Positions 1 to 9,427 of a DNA stretch of 64,000 bases are shown piece by piece; position 1 is the stretch's first letter; the number at the start of each line of letters is the position of its first letter. Under the pieces are notes generated by a model. That model had not been told where the DNA came from. It searched no databases and was given only the letters and a program-made list of their open reading frames with translations. Position numbers and translations under genes: made by a program. This DNA comes from a virus. The stretch is from IMG/VR virus record IMGVR_UViG_3300043540_000321, positions 1-64,000 of that record. One strand, 5' to 3'.

Positions 1-67
1 CTAAGGTCGTCCCAAGGATCTGGAACTTGAGGTGTGGATGTCATAAGTTTCGAGTTGTAGCGAACTA

Positions 68-99
68 AAGAAAGCAGGGCTCCGGAGCCCTGCTTTCTT
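68..99. terminator. Perfect 32-bp palindrome, probable intrinsic terminator
   Basis: AAGAAAGCAGGGCTCC|GGAGCCCTGCTTTCTT, GC core with A/T-rich arms, downstream of minus-strand genes. Confidence 0.6.
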
Positions 100-198
100 A
101 TTTGGTCATCGTTTCAGGATGGGGGGTCTTTGAGGACTTGGCACAACTAAACCGGGAGTAGCCGGCTGATAGGAGTAGCAAAACCACTACTATCCAAA

Positions 199-927
199 TT
201 AGCCAAACTCTTTTCTTCTTTCCGCCTCTTCTAAAGGGGCGGTTGACCCGACCTTTAGTTTTGATAGTTCTTCGTGAGCTTGTGCGTGTCCACGCGCAGC
301 CCCCGATAGAGTACGAACGTAAATCTCGTTTGCTACTGCCCTCTCTACATCGTCTCCGAGTCCTCGGATGGCCCCCTTGAGTCCAGAATTAGCCTTAAAA
401 AGATTAGACCTCAAAGCTTTCAAATTAGCCTCTAGGACTTCTGCTTCCTCTATGGCTACGATTTCTCGAGTCTCGTCTACAAAACGATGAAGAACAATAG
501 AGGTTCTGGGCTCAACAACTTCAGCCGTAATGACCTCAGTTGACTTTTGAGACTTAATAGCGTCGAGTTCTTGATTCGCTACGCCATGCTTCTTCCAAAC
601 AAGTTCTGCATAGGTTTGGACATCCATTAAAGGAGCCTTGTCACTGCCTAACTTGCCGGTGTAATTAAGGAGTTCTTGCATTTGCTCGAACCCCCATTGA
701 GTGAAGGTGCCGTCAGGATTTTGTATGCGGTCGGGGCACCAGTAAAAAATCTCAACGAGAGTTTTCCTTTGTTGCTTTACCCAACTAGGAGAACGCTGAG
801 GGTTAAGGGAGCTGGCAGTCTTAGAGATAGAGTAAGACCCCATATCACCAGACTCAGGTTCAGAATTAGCCTTCCGCTGCAAAGGGCGATTAATATTTTC
901 TGCATCAGCAGAGGATGACTTAGACAA
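199..927 (-). CDS. Hypothetical protein (coiled-coil, possible DNA-binding)
   Basis: 242-aa ORF with TTG start, co-oriented with parA and its partner; no recognisable catalytic motif. Confidence 0.6.
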   Translation of the reverse strand: MSKSSSADAENINRPLQRKANSEPESGDMGSYSISKTASSLNPQRSPSWVKQQRKTLVEIFYWCPDRIQNPDGTFTQWGFEQMQELLNYTGKLGSDKAPLMDVQTYAELVWKKHGVANQELDAIKSQKSTEVITAEVVEPRTSIVLHRFVDETREIVAIEEAEVLEANLKALRSNLFKANSGLKGAIRGLGDDVERAVANEIYVRTLSGAARGHAQAHEELSKLKVGSTAPLEEAERRKEFG

Positions 928-950
928 TCTAGATTTCTCCTCTCAGATTA

Positions 951-1150
951 GCTACTAGGTCACTGGCTAGGCTACTGGCTAGGTCAGTGACCAGCCAGTC
1001 GAAAAGTAATCGTTTGACTGGTTGTAAACACTTTAGCTTACGCCTTTAATTTTGACAAACTTCACGCAAACCCTCTTTCTATAACGGTTCTAAAAACTTA
1101 TAAGGTCGGTCGTTAAACGACAAGTTGGCTGCCACCTAGCCACTGGCCAG
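951..1150. promoter_or_regulatory. Cluster of ACTGGCTAGG(TCA)-like direct/inverted repeats, operator-like
   Basis: ACTGGCTAGG at 962 and 974, inverted TGACCAGCCAGT near 988 and CACCTAGCCACT near 1133; lies upstream of ORF 199..927. Confidence 0.4.
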
Positions 1151-1170
1151 GTGGTGATCAGGTTACTTAA

Positions 1171-1213
1171 AGAAAAAGAAGAGGGGGAGCGATCGCGATC
1201 GCTCCCCCTCTTC
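1171..1213 (-). terminator. Rho-independent terminator (perfect 36-bp palindrome plus U-tract)
   Basis: GAAGAGGGGGAGCGATCGCGATCGCTCCCCCTCTTC (1178-1213) followed on the minus strand by TTTTTCT, about 20 nt after the stop of 1235..2788. Confidence 0.75.
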
Positions 1214-1234
1214 TATGGATGAGACCTAACTAGC

Positions 1235-2788
1235 TCAGCGTCCGATCAACGTGAACGCTGAGTCCACACCGCACTTTAGAACAGCCTCTCGGACGTAATC
1301 ATGCACCTCGAATTGGGAATTTCTATCGGTAATCAGATGGACGAAGGTGTCCGTTGGATTGATAAACCGCTGTAAGTAGTACTCAATGCTGTTCTCAATG
1401 CCCGCGGGGGACCCGAAGTTCATCCGCATGGCGTCTGCAATCTTAGATTTCTGAGCGGCCGTCGGGTTGTTCAACAGGTCCTCGATAGCCCTATTCATCG
1501 CGTGTTGATACTCTTCCGACTCCAGGTCGAGGCCCTCAATCTTAAAGTCATCAATTAAGCCTCGGATCAGTCTCAGAGGCGGTTTGTAGGACATCGATAG
1601 AAGAACATGACTGGAGGCATGAGTAGCCCGCCCAACTATTCTTGGTGAGTATCCAGGCTGGCGACGAATGGTGTACGTCCAGCCCACATGGAAAGGGTCT
1701 AGCTGAGGACCAACGAACTGAATGTTCTGTTGCCCGCATACAGCCAATAGCACGCCGCCGTCCTTCATCCTTGGGTAGAGTATCTCAGCGAGGACCTTGT
1801 AGTCCACTAGAGACGCTTTCCCTAAGGGCATTTCAGCGAAGCAAAGGTCTACAGAATCCAGGGGCAGGTCAGAGAGCAGTTTAGACCACTTACCAGAGAA
1901 GGTTTCTACCCGCTGGTGGGCTACAGAGACTACTTCTGCTTCGAGGATTTCTTCCTCTTTTCTCCTTCGCTCATCCTCCCTTGGACGATTGAGCGCCTCC
2001 TTCACAGTGAGTCCTTTCAAGAGGTGCGGAGCGACCTCTAGCTGCCGTCTGACAGGGAGTTTCGCTAGTCGGCTGAGTTCTGTTCTATCCTCGGCCAGGT
2101 CCGTGCTGATTAAGAGTTGCTGAACTTCTTTCGGGAGACCCGCCGCCTCCATCTGGTGCTGGCGGTACCTCTCCACAATGTCACCGGCTCGCTTGCGGTC
2201 TACCTTCTCGCCTACCTCAGCCAGGGCCAGTATTTCATGCACGGCTCCGCTTGGAACGTCACCCCTGGAGAGGTTATACAAAGTAGACAGAGGAAGCTTT
2301 TCAAGCTCCTCTGGAGTATACTTCTCAGCCATTTGGGCCACGTTGACCCAGTTGTTCGCCGTATCGTAGCTGATGTGACCCTCAAACTCTTCCTGTACCC
2401 ACTTCATATAGGTTCGATTCGGAAGTTTCTCTCGCACTCGGAGGAACCATCTCCCTATCCGAATAATGCCGACAAGGGTCCGCTTGAATTCCTGTTTGAT
2501 CTCGCGAGCAGCCTCTAATGCAAGGGTCTGCGTTGCTTTATCTTTGATTTCAGAGTAGTTGAACCGTAGGGGTTCGAGCTCAGCGATCGCACTGTCTGGA
2601 GCGACAACCAGGGCGTTCTTGATACTTCTCCGGCGACCACTCGTTGTAGCCGTCTCTTTGCCTGGGGTGCTTGAGGTTACTGCCTTCTTTGTAGTGTTCG
2701 AGGTTGCCGCTTTTGCTGTCGTCTTAGTGCTTGCTTTTGCTGTCGTCTTAGTCTGCTTTTCAGCAGGTCGAGTGCGTCTTGTCGCCAT
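1235..2788 (-). CDS. DUF3102-like DNA-binding protein fused to a degenerate DNA methyltransferase-like domain; probable ParA partner
   Basis: K/T/A-rich N-tail; IIRIGRWFLRVREKL..YMKWVQEEF..ISYDTANNWVNVA (DUF3102-like); SVDLCFAEMPL..MKDGGVLLAVCG resembles a beta-class MTase with EMPL in place of DPPY. Confidence 0.6.
   Translation of the reverse strand: MATRRTRPAEKQTKTTAKASTKTTAKAATSNTTKKAVTSSTPGKETATTSGRRRSIKNALVVAPDSAIAELEPLRFNYSEIKDKATQTLALEAAREIKQEFKRTLVGIIRIGRWFLRVREKLPNRTYMKWVQEEFEGHISYDTANNWVNVAQMAEKYTPEELEKLPLSTLYNLSRGDVPSGAVHEILALAEVGEKVDRKRAGDIVERYRQHQMEAAGLPKEVQQLLISTDLAEDRTELSRLAKLPVRRQLEVAPHLLKGLTVKEALNRPREDERRRKEEEILEAEVVSVAHQRVETFSGKWSKLLSDLPLDSVDLCFAEMPLGKASLVDYKVLAEILYPRMKDGGVLLAVCGQQNIQFVGPQLDPFHVGWTYTIRRQPGYSPRIVGRATHASSHVLLSMSYKPPLRLIRGLIDDFKIEGLDLESEEYQHAMNRAIEDLLNNPTAAQKSKIADAMRMNFGSPAGIENSIEYYLQRFINPTDTFVHLITDRNSQFEVHDYVREAVLKCGVDSAFTLIGR
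2709..2752. repeat. 20-bp direct repeat encoding TKTTAKA twice
   Basis: GCTTTTGCTGTCGTCTTAGT at 2709 and 2733. Confidence 0.7.
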
Positions 2789-2845
2789 ACGGTTACAGAT
2801 TACTTTAATAAAATGTGAGTCACACAGGGCACGTTGCGATAAACC

Positions 2846-3622
2846 TCACCGGTGCAAATTCTCGACCCGATCGAGGTATTCATTGACCAAATTAACATAA
2901 GCGACCGAAACTGGCGCACTTCGGTACCGAAAAATGGACTGTCCACGGGCTGTTGCATTCACCTGACGACGGCTGTAAGGGATGACGGTTTCAAACACCA
3001 GGTCGCCCAGAGCCTCGCGCACATCGGTAATAGATGCCTGTGTAGACGGGCTGTTCGGTCGCTCTACCAAGGTGAGCACAATGCCAAGTACCTGTCCGAT
3101 CGGGTAACTCAACATCTCTCTTAAAGAAGAGAGGCGATCGAGCAATGTGATCACTCCCTCCTCACTGAGGTAGCGCAGTTGGACAGGGACGAGCAGGTTT
3201 TGCGAAGCGACCAGGGCGTTGATGGGTAAGAGAGAAAGAGAAGCTGGAGAGTCGATGAGGATATAGTCGAACTGTTCAAATAAAGGCTCCAAAGCCTGTT
3301 TCAGGACTACTTCCTTGCTTGGATGACCCAGGAGTAGGGCATCGAAGAAGATAAGGTCGGGACTGGCAAAGATAATCGATAGGTTTTCAGTAGGCGTTTG
3401 CTGGACAGCCTCCACGATCGGCATCCCTCGAAACACGTCCATCAGTGTCGGCGTGAGTTGAAGGCGACTGTACCCCATCGCTAACGCCGCGTTCGCCTGA
3501 AAGTCGCAGTCAACAATTAAGGTTCGATAGCCCTTCATTGCTATTCCCTGGCCCAAGGCGATACAGGTAGTAGTCTTACCGACGCCACCTTTAGCGTTGA
3601 CGATCGCAGTTATGTGAGGCAT
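2846..3622 (-). CDS. parA: ParA/Soj-family partition ATPase
   Basis: Deviant Walker A KGGVGKTT, LIVDCDFQAN, YILIDSP; no N-terminal HTH. Confidence 0.95.
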   Translation of the reverse strand: MPHITAIVNAKGGVGKTTTCIALGQGIAMKGYRTLIVDCDFQANAALAMGYSRLQLTPTLMDVFRGMPIVEAVQQTPTENLSIIFASPDLIFFDALLLGHPSKEVVLKQALEPLFEQFDYILIDSPASLSLLPINALVASQNLLVPVQLRYLSEEGVITLLDRLSSLREMLSYPIGQVLGIVLTLVERPNSPSTQASITDVREALGDLVFETVIPYSRRQVNATARGQSIFRYRSAPVSVAYVNLVNEYLDRVENLHR

Positions 3623-3682
3623 ATTGGTTCAGACCAAGCGTAAGGGGCTAGACCCCCTTTGCTGCCTGGGTTTTTGTGATAC

Positions 3683-4120
3683 TGTTAGTGAAATGTTAGT
3701 GGATTTGTTAGTCCACTAACATTCAAATGTTAGTGGACTAACATCTGACCACGATTTACTAACATTTCACAAACACCCGACTAACATCTGACCACGATTT
3801 ACTAACAGTTGAATGTTATCGAACTGATGTACTATGTTAGGCGTTAGTAAATTTGCCAAAAAGCGTTAGTCGTGGAAATGTTAGTACGAACATTTGGATG
3901 TTAGTCCACTAACATTTCCACTAACATCGGCTGAAACCCCTGAAACTTCGTGACTAACATGTTAGTTGGATGTTAGTCCGAGAGCCCAAAATCCACTAAC
4001 ATTTGCCTGAAAGTTCGCACTAACATTTTTACTAACACCCCCAACTAACACGAGAATTGGGCGTTTGAGCCTCCCAGCCTTAAAAATCTAAAGATAAACT
4101 GGGGAAAAGTGGATGTTAGT
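3683..4120. repeat. Array of about 21 ACTAACA/TGTTAGT motifs; candidate centromere (parS-like), iteron or transfer locus
   Basis: Exact 7-mers in both orientations; inverted pairs (A)TGTTAGT-NN-ACTAACA(T) at 3706, 3727 and 3898; 29-bp direct repeat at 3736 and 3779; between divergent parA and the membrane operon. Confidence 0.85.
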
Positions 4121-4204
4121 TCTGCAAAATTCTTTCTTAAGAATAAAAATTACATTGATTAAGTCCATGAGCGAAGGAAAATGTAGAAGTTTTTTCTTTA
4201 TTCA

Positions 4205-4942
4205 ATGAGAGATTTCAAGAGGTCGCTACCTCAGAAAATTTTTATCCTCGTCATTACGGGGTCTACTGCCTTCATATTTACTGCTGCAATCACCGGTCTC
4301 TGGTCGGCGGCAAAAGACGCTGGCGCTATTAAGCCGGGCTTTAGGTTCGGCACCTTCGCCACGATCGTGGGCGTGTCCGGACTTGCCTCTCTGGTGACGT
4401 ATGGCGGTCTGATGCTTGACGAGGAGATGCGTCGGCGGGCAGCGATCGCAGAGGAAGAAGAGGAGCTGGCGAGAGAGCGGGAGAGGATGCGTCAATACTC
4501 TTATCCGCAACCGTATCCTCCGTCCTACCCGCCTCAACCTCCCCTCTACCCTCAGCCTGACCCTGCTCTAGCGGAGGCACTCAACAATTTACAGTTGGCC
4601 GATGTTGATTCCTTGTCTTATACACCGCCTCAGCGTCAGCCTCAGCCTCAGCCCCAACTTCGTCCTCCTTCGAGTAAAGAACCAACGGTGGGTCTCGACC
4701 TTGACTTTAGTCACCTTCGAGAACAACCTCCTTCTAGACCACCTGGGATAAGAAGAACCTCTGGTCTGGTTCCTCCTCGATTTGCAGATGAGGCACCACA
4801 AGTTGAGCCTCCCCAGTCAGGTACAACTTCGGAAACCGAGGAGGATTTTTGGGCAGACTCGCCTCTAGGAGTTCAACCTCAGGAGACAAACCCTCCTAAA
4901 ACCGAATCGAAGGCGAGCTATTTGGATAACTTGGGTCTCTAG
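4205..4942 (+). CDS. Membrane protein with Pro/Gln-rich cytoplasmic tail
   Basis: Two N-terminal hydrophobic segments, then YPQPYPP/QPQP repeats; first gene of a tightly packed operon. Confidence 0.75.
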   Translation: MRDFKRSLPQKIFILVITGSTAFIFTAAITGLWSAAKDAGAIKPGFRFGTFATIVGVSGLASLVTYGGLMLDEEMRRRAAIAEEEEELARERERMRQYSYPQPYPPSYPPQPPLYPQPDPALAEALNNLQLADVDSLSYTPPQRQPQPQPQLRPPSSKEPTVGLDLDFSHLREQPPSRPPGIRRTSGLVPPRFADEAPQVEPPQSGTTSETEEDFWADSPLGVQPQETNPPKTESKASYLDNLGL

Positions 4943-4956
4943 TCAAGGAGGAAACT

Positions 4957-5673
4957 ATGGAGCTGGAATCAGAGTTCCAAAAACCCGGTGGGTACAGAGC
5001 AAAACTAAAGTTCACGGGTAACGTGGACGAGTTTCACGCGGTCTATACCTCAAACAACTACTATATCCACACAACTTCCTTGCCGCCGGTTCAGTTCTTC
5101 CAAACCATGCACCAGCCGATTCAGATTGCTCCGGCAGCTCCGCATACGGTGAACAACAATAACTTGTTGTTGCCGGGACAGGAGTATGCTTACACACTGC
5201 CATCGGCACCACTCCCTGCGTTACCTCCAGCTCCTACCCAGCCTTCCAACTACTGGTCTCAGACAGTAGACACATCGGCGCACACTCTAAACGGTCTACA
5301 GAGAACGTTGCAGGGTATCAACAGTCCCTCTAATCAAGGAGGTGGGTTTTCGAAATTCATTCGGGGACTGTTCAGCAAGAAGGAGAAAGACCCGCTCGCT
5401 CAATACCAGGCGATGTTGGCACAAGTCAATGGCCAGAAGGCAGGAGGGGGTTTTAATCATAAGATGCTGATCTACGCTGTTGACGCACTACTCGTGATAA
5501 TGGCTCTCTATGTTGTGTTCAGTCCTTCGGGACAGAACCAGATTAAAAATTATCTGAGGCCGCTTACTAACCTTGTTAACCCTTCCTCTGTGGAGGGGAG
5601 CAAGTCGCAGGTAAGACCTCAGGTAAAACCTCAGGTAAAACCTGGTCCTATGGAAGATCCCAACAAAGTGTAA
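4957..5673 (+). CDS. Hypothetical membrane protein
   Basis: AGGAGG RBS; single TM segment LIYAVDALLVIMALYVVF; QVKP tandem repeat near the C-terminus. Confidence 0.75.
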   Translation: MELESEFQKPGGYRAKLKFTGNVDEFHAVYTSNNYYIHTTSLPPVQFFQTMHQPIQIAPAAPHTVNNNNLLLPGQEYAYTLPSAPLPALPPAPTQPSNYWSQTVDTSAHTLNGLQRTLQGINSPSNQGGGFSKFIRGLFSKKEKDPLAQYQAMLAQVNGQKAGGGFNHKMLIYAVDALLVIMALYVVFSPSGQNQIKNYLRPLTNLVNPSSVEGSKSQVRPQVKPQVKPGPMEDPNKV

Positions 5674-5677
5674 GTCA

Positions 5678-6334
5678 ATGACTCAATTCGACAGAGAGGA
5701 CTTTGAGTCCCTTCTCCAAAAGACGATTAACGCAACTGTAGTCCATGAGGGTGAAGAAGTGACAACGGGCTATGAGAATTTCCCGCGCCCGCCCCACCCC
5801 TCATCACCTCATAAGGCAGAAGCTGGGAAGTCCGGCTATACTCAATCTCGGCACACTCAGTCTCATCCGTCTTCGCGTCCGACTCCCCAACCAGCCCGAC
5901 CGCAGCCTTCGACATCTCCGAGGGGGTCTCAATCCACTGGTTTTCCAAAACAAGGTGGGTTAGGATTAGAGAATAGCCAGTCTCAACCTGAGAGGAGGGA
6001 CTCTCCATCTGAGAAAACCCCTTTTTGGGGTCGTTTCCAGAGAGGTCAGGGTAGTCCTTCTGAGAAAGGAGAGGCGTCTAAACCCGCATCTGCGAAAAAG
6101 AGCTGGAAAACTTTAATAAAGAAATGGCAGTCTCATTTAGGGGACTTGAGTGTAACCTTCCTGGCTTGTCATTTCATTGCCCACCTATTCCACCTGTTTT
6201 TGAGACCGGGGCCTTACGGCTACCTTCTCGATTTCAGACTCTTGATAGTGGTTGCTGCGATAGGAGGAATTCTTCAGCAAAAACAGGTGGTCACGATAGC
6301 GATCTGCCTCCTACTTAGTTTTCTGATGTTTTAA
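5678..6334 (+). CDS. Membrane protein with disordered N-terminus and C-terminal TM helices
   Basis: 218 aa with about 3 hydrophobic segments at the C-terminus; 4-5 nt gaps to neighbours. Confidence 0.75.
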   Translation: MTQFDREDFESLLQKTINATVVHEGEEVTTGYENFPRPPHPSSPHKAEAGKSGYTQSRHTQSHPSSRPTPQPARPQPSTSPRGSQSTGFPKQGGLGLENSQSQPERRDSPSEKTPFWGRFQRGQGSPSEKGEASKPASAKKSWKTLIKKWQSHLGDLSVTFLACHFIAHLFHLFLRPGPYGYLLDFRLLIVVAAIGGILQQKQVVTIAICLLLSFLMF

Positions 6335-6339
6335 CGAGT

Positions 6340-8511
6340 ATGCAACTAACTGGCCTCCCGAATAAGGAGGTAATCAACCACCAAATTGAGCGAATCAAGA
6401 AGCTCAGCATTAATAACCGGGAGGTGTTGCGCGACCTCGGCACCATAATAATCCCGAATTTTGAGAAGTGGTTACCATTCATCGATGAGATGAAATTAGG
6501 CATATCTGCTCGAGAGGTCAAACAACTTCTGGCTACGCAGTTTTGTCTTCGTGTCTTGATAGACACTCAAGGAAAACCACCCGACGATCCCGCCGTCAAA
6601 GAAGGTCTAAAGCTATGGATAGACTGGGTGAACCACTGGCAAGTTGGGGATTCCAAAGAGCAAATCCTAAGAGACGCGCACACTATTATGCAGGCCGCAG
6701 CACCTACTTCTAACTCGACTTCCTTCGCTAACTCACCTCGAACTGCCCCCACAGCCAGTTCGGGACCGAGCGAGCCGTCAGCATCATCTCAGTTGACTCG
6801 TGCGAATCCGACGGCGGTAGTCCGACGGCCAGTTGAGACTCAAGTTATCAAGACTATCGGTCGGAACACTCTTCTTAAAGGAGAGATGGTCGAGCAGGCC
6901 TACAGTTCGATTGGAAAGATCGAGTTCCTTCCAGAAGACTCATCTGACCGGGGGCTTAGGCATGACCGCCTACGTTTTAAGAAGCCGTTAACGGTCACTT
7001 TTGCCGCCTGTAAAAAGGTGCTGCAGGAGGTGATCAGTCACGCCGGAGTGGACCCTGAAACGGAGATACTCTTCAGGGCGTTGGCGAACAACCAGTTCGA
7101 CCTGCACATTCCCAGGCCGCCGGAGCAGTGGAAGATTCTCAGCTACACGGATTTCTTACACGCAGGATGGGATAAGTCGAAGTCGACTTTGGGCTCCTAT
7201 CTCTCTCGGAGATTTTTTGTTCCGCCGCATGAGCCTCCTCGAGTCCCGGTCGGGGTGAACCTGGATATGGAAGAGGTGGCTATCCGGTTTAGTACGGGTG
7301 TGTTTATCACTGGGAAACCAAACCAGGGTAAATCCGAGCTGGTGAAATCCATCCTGATGACCCTGGCGATCGGATTCCAACCGAACTATCTATGGTGGGT
7401 AGGCGCGGACTGGAAAGACGGGGCCTTACTCGATAAGTTCTCTTGCCTTCCTAGCTGTGTGCAACCGATCGCCAAGTCGGAAAAGGAAGCCCAGGAGCTC
7501 ATGAAGTGGTTGAAGGCTCAGTTCAAAAGGAGGGAGCGACTTCTCGACCCCTATAAGAAATATGGTGTTGAGAACATTTGTCACTACAACAAACTGCCGG
7601 ATGTTGAACCCATGCCCTGGCTGCTCCTCTTCTGGGAAGAGCTGGCTCGAGGTCGTGAAGTCTTAGGAGAGACTCAAGACGAGTTTCTCCGTTCGGTCTG
7701 TCAATACTGGCGGTATATCGGGATTATTCCCGTCGCCACCACCCAGTATCCCTCTCAGAATATATCTGGCTCTGGACCCGGTATGCGTTCTGCCTATGGG
7801 ACAAAGGTTGCCTTCAAAAATGATGAGGGAGCTAAACTCCTATTTGGTGAAAGTAGCATTCACGCTAAGTACGCTCAGGCTCTCAACGGACCTGGGGACT
7901 GTATAGTCGTAGGTGACGATAGCTTCGATCGTTGCCAGACATTCTTTGTCGAGCCAGAAATCTTGCTGCAGATTATCGATGCGATATCTCAGCGTGATGC
8001 TGACTATTCCCTACCAGAGCTCGCTCTGATTGGACCAGAAGAAGAGGAACGAGCGGTGGCTTCGGACCCTTCTTCGCCAGCCTCCTCGGAATCGGAACCG
8101 GATCGGGAGGAAGTGCTGGCTATGAGTACGAGTTACCAGGAAGAGACTATTACGGAAACGGACGAGAGCGATCTCTCGGACCTGCCCAATAATATGCTCG
8201 ACATGGTACGAAGGTTTCAGGATTACAACAGATTGATGCAACTGGATGCCGACCTGAAGAAGGAAGGTAAGCCAGGCGTCACTCAAAACCATAAATTGGC
8301 TATGCTGGTCGGAGACTATCTCTATCCAAAAGGAGACCCCCGGCGTGGAGTGTACCAGGGATGGTTATCTGTTGATGAATTTAAGAACCTTGACAAATCC
8401 GATCCGAGATTAAAGGTGTCTAAGGGAGGTCGTTACTTAGATAACGCGAAGCTCCGCTTGGAGGAGATTATCCAGAAAGTCTCCGGGGTAAACCAGCCTG
8501 TGGCTTGCTAA
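6340..8511 (+). CDS. FtsK/SpoIIIE-family ATPase (DNA translocase-like)
   Basis: Walker A ITGKPNQGKS, ADWKDG, Walker B-like LLLFWEELA, WRYIGIIPVATTQYPS, GPGDCIV. Confidence 0.85.
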   Translation: MQLTGLPNKEVINHQIERIKKLSINNREVLRDLGTIIIPNFEKWLPFIDEMKLGISAREVKQLLATQFCLRVLIDTQGKPPDDPAVKEGLKLWIDWVNHWQVGDSKEQILRDAHTIMQAAAPTSNSTSFANSPRTAPTASSGPSEPSASSQLTRANPTAVVRRPVETQVIKTIGRNTLLKGEMVEQAYSSIGKIEFLPEDSSDRGLRHDRLRFKKPLTVTFAACKKVLQEVISHAGVDPETEILFRALANNQFDLHIPRPPEQWKILSYTDFLHAGWDKSKSTLGSYLSRRFFVPPHEPPRVPVGVNLDMEEVAIRFSTGVFITGKPNQGKSELVKSILMTLAIGFQPNYLWWVGADWKDGALLDKFSCLPSCVQPIAKSEKEAQELMKWLKAQFKRRERLLDPYKKYGVENICHYNKLPDVEPMPWLLLFWEELARGREVLGETQDEFLRSVCQYWRYIGIIPVATTQYPSQNISGSGPGMRSAYGTKVAFKNDEGAKLLFGESSIHAKYAQALNGPGDCIVVGDDSFDRCQTFFVEPEILLQIIDAISQRDADYSLPELALIGPEEEERAVASDPSSPASSESEPDREEVLAMSTSYQEETITETDESDLSDLPNNMLDMVRRFQDYNRLMQLDADLKKEGKPGVTQNHKLAMLVGDYLYPKGDPRRGVYQGWLSVDEFKNLDKSDPRLKVSKGGRYLDNAKLRLEEIIQKVSGVNQPVAC

Positions 8512-8514
8512 CCT

Positions 8515-9384
8515 GTGTTATTTCGACTGCTTGCAGTAGCGATTATCTTATTCTCAGTAAAAGGTCAGTTGATGAAGGTGTTGGTTGGTCTGAGATCTCT
8601 CTCAGCCTCCGCACCTTCAGTTGTATCCATACCCGAAAAGCCGAAGGTGACAGACCCGCGCAAAGTCAGTGTTCAAGTCAGAGTTCAAACCATCACTGAA
8701 GACCGCGCAAGGTATAGTTTCGGGTCTGGAACTTTTATTAAACCCAATATTGTGCTGACCAACGCGCATGTGACCCAACCGTCAGGGGATGGTACGGTGT
8801 CCATCAATTTGGACAGCGATCCAACTGTTCCGCCCCTGGTTGGAAAAATTATTAAACAAGTGAAGTCGCCTGACCAGGAGGAAGGAACAGACCTGGCCCT
8901 GGTCCAGGTAGAAGGAAACCATCCTTACATAGATCTCTGCTCAGAGCTTCCACCTGTCGGTCTAGTGATGAAGATCCTGGGACATCCGAGAGGGTCAAGA
9001 GATGTTGTAGAGACCGCAGCGGTTGCGGCGATCGTCAAGCCCACTTTTCTGGAACTGAATCTGAAGCTCAAACGGTTTTATCCCGTCCAACCGGGCAATA
9101 GTGGAGGACCTCTGCTTCAGGGAGATTCAGATTCTGGTTACTGCCAGGCCGGAGTCGTCAGCCAAGTAGATACACGCCCAGGTTATCCTCGCCCCAATAT
9201 ACAGCGGGTGCGAGCGCAGTCCATCAAACAGATCAAGAAGTTTTTAGATACGTTTTACAGTCGCCCTTTTTCATGGCATGACAAAAAGGCGGCGGAGAAA
9301 GTTCTTAGACCTATAGAAGGACTTCCATCGGAGTTGGTATCAGTAGCCTGTTTGTTCGCATGGAATCAAAGGGATCGGGTGTAG
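8515..9384 (+). CDS. Secreted trypsin-like serine protease
   Basis: N-terminal hydrophobic leader; catalytic triad motifs LTNAHV, TDLALV, PGNSGGP. Confidence 0.9.
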   Translation: MLFRLLAVAIILFSVKGQLMKVLVGLRSLSASAPSVVSIPEKPKVTDPRKVSVQVRVQTITEDRARYSFGSGTFIKPNIVLTNAHVTQPSGDGTVSINLDSDPTVPPLVGKIIKQVKSPDQEEGTDLALVQVEGNHPYIDLCSELPPVGLVMKILGHPRGSRDVVETAAVAAIVKPTFLELNLKLKRFYPVQPGNSGGPLLQGDSDSGYCQAGVVSQVDTRPGYPRPNIQRVRAQSIKQIKKFLDTFYSRPFSWHDKKAAEKVLRPIEGLPSELVSVACLFAWNQRDRV

Positions 9385-9427
9385 TCAATGAAGCGCACCG
9401 TTAAGTGTTCACAAAAGGGAAACTAAG

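Noticed and set aside
3683-4120. Repeat array as a CRISPR array or a coding repeat
   Set aside because: Units are 7-8 bp in mixed orientation with irregular spacing; no 25-45 bp repeat/spacer pattern, no cas genes and no ORF over the region
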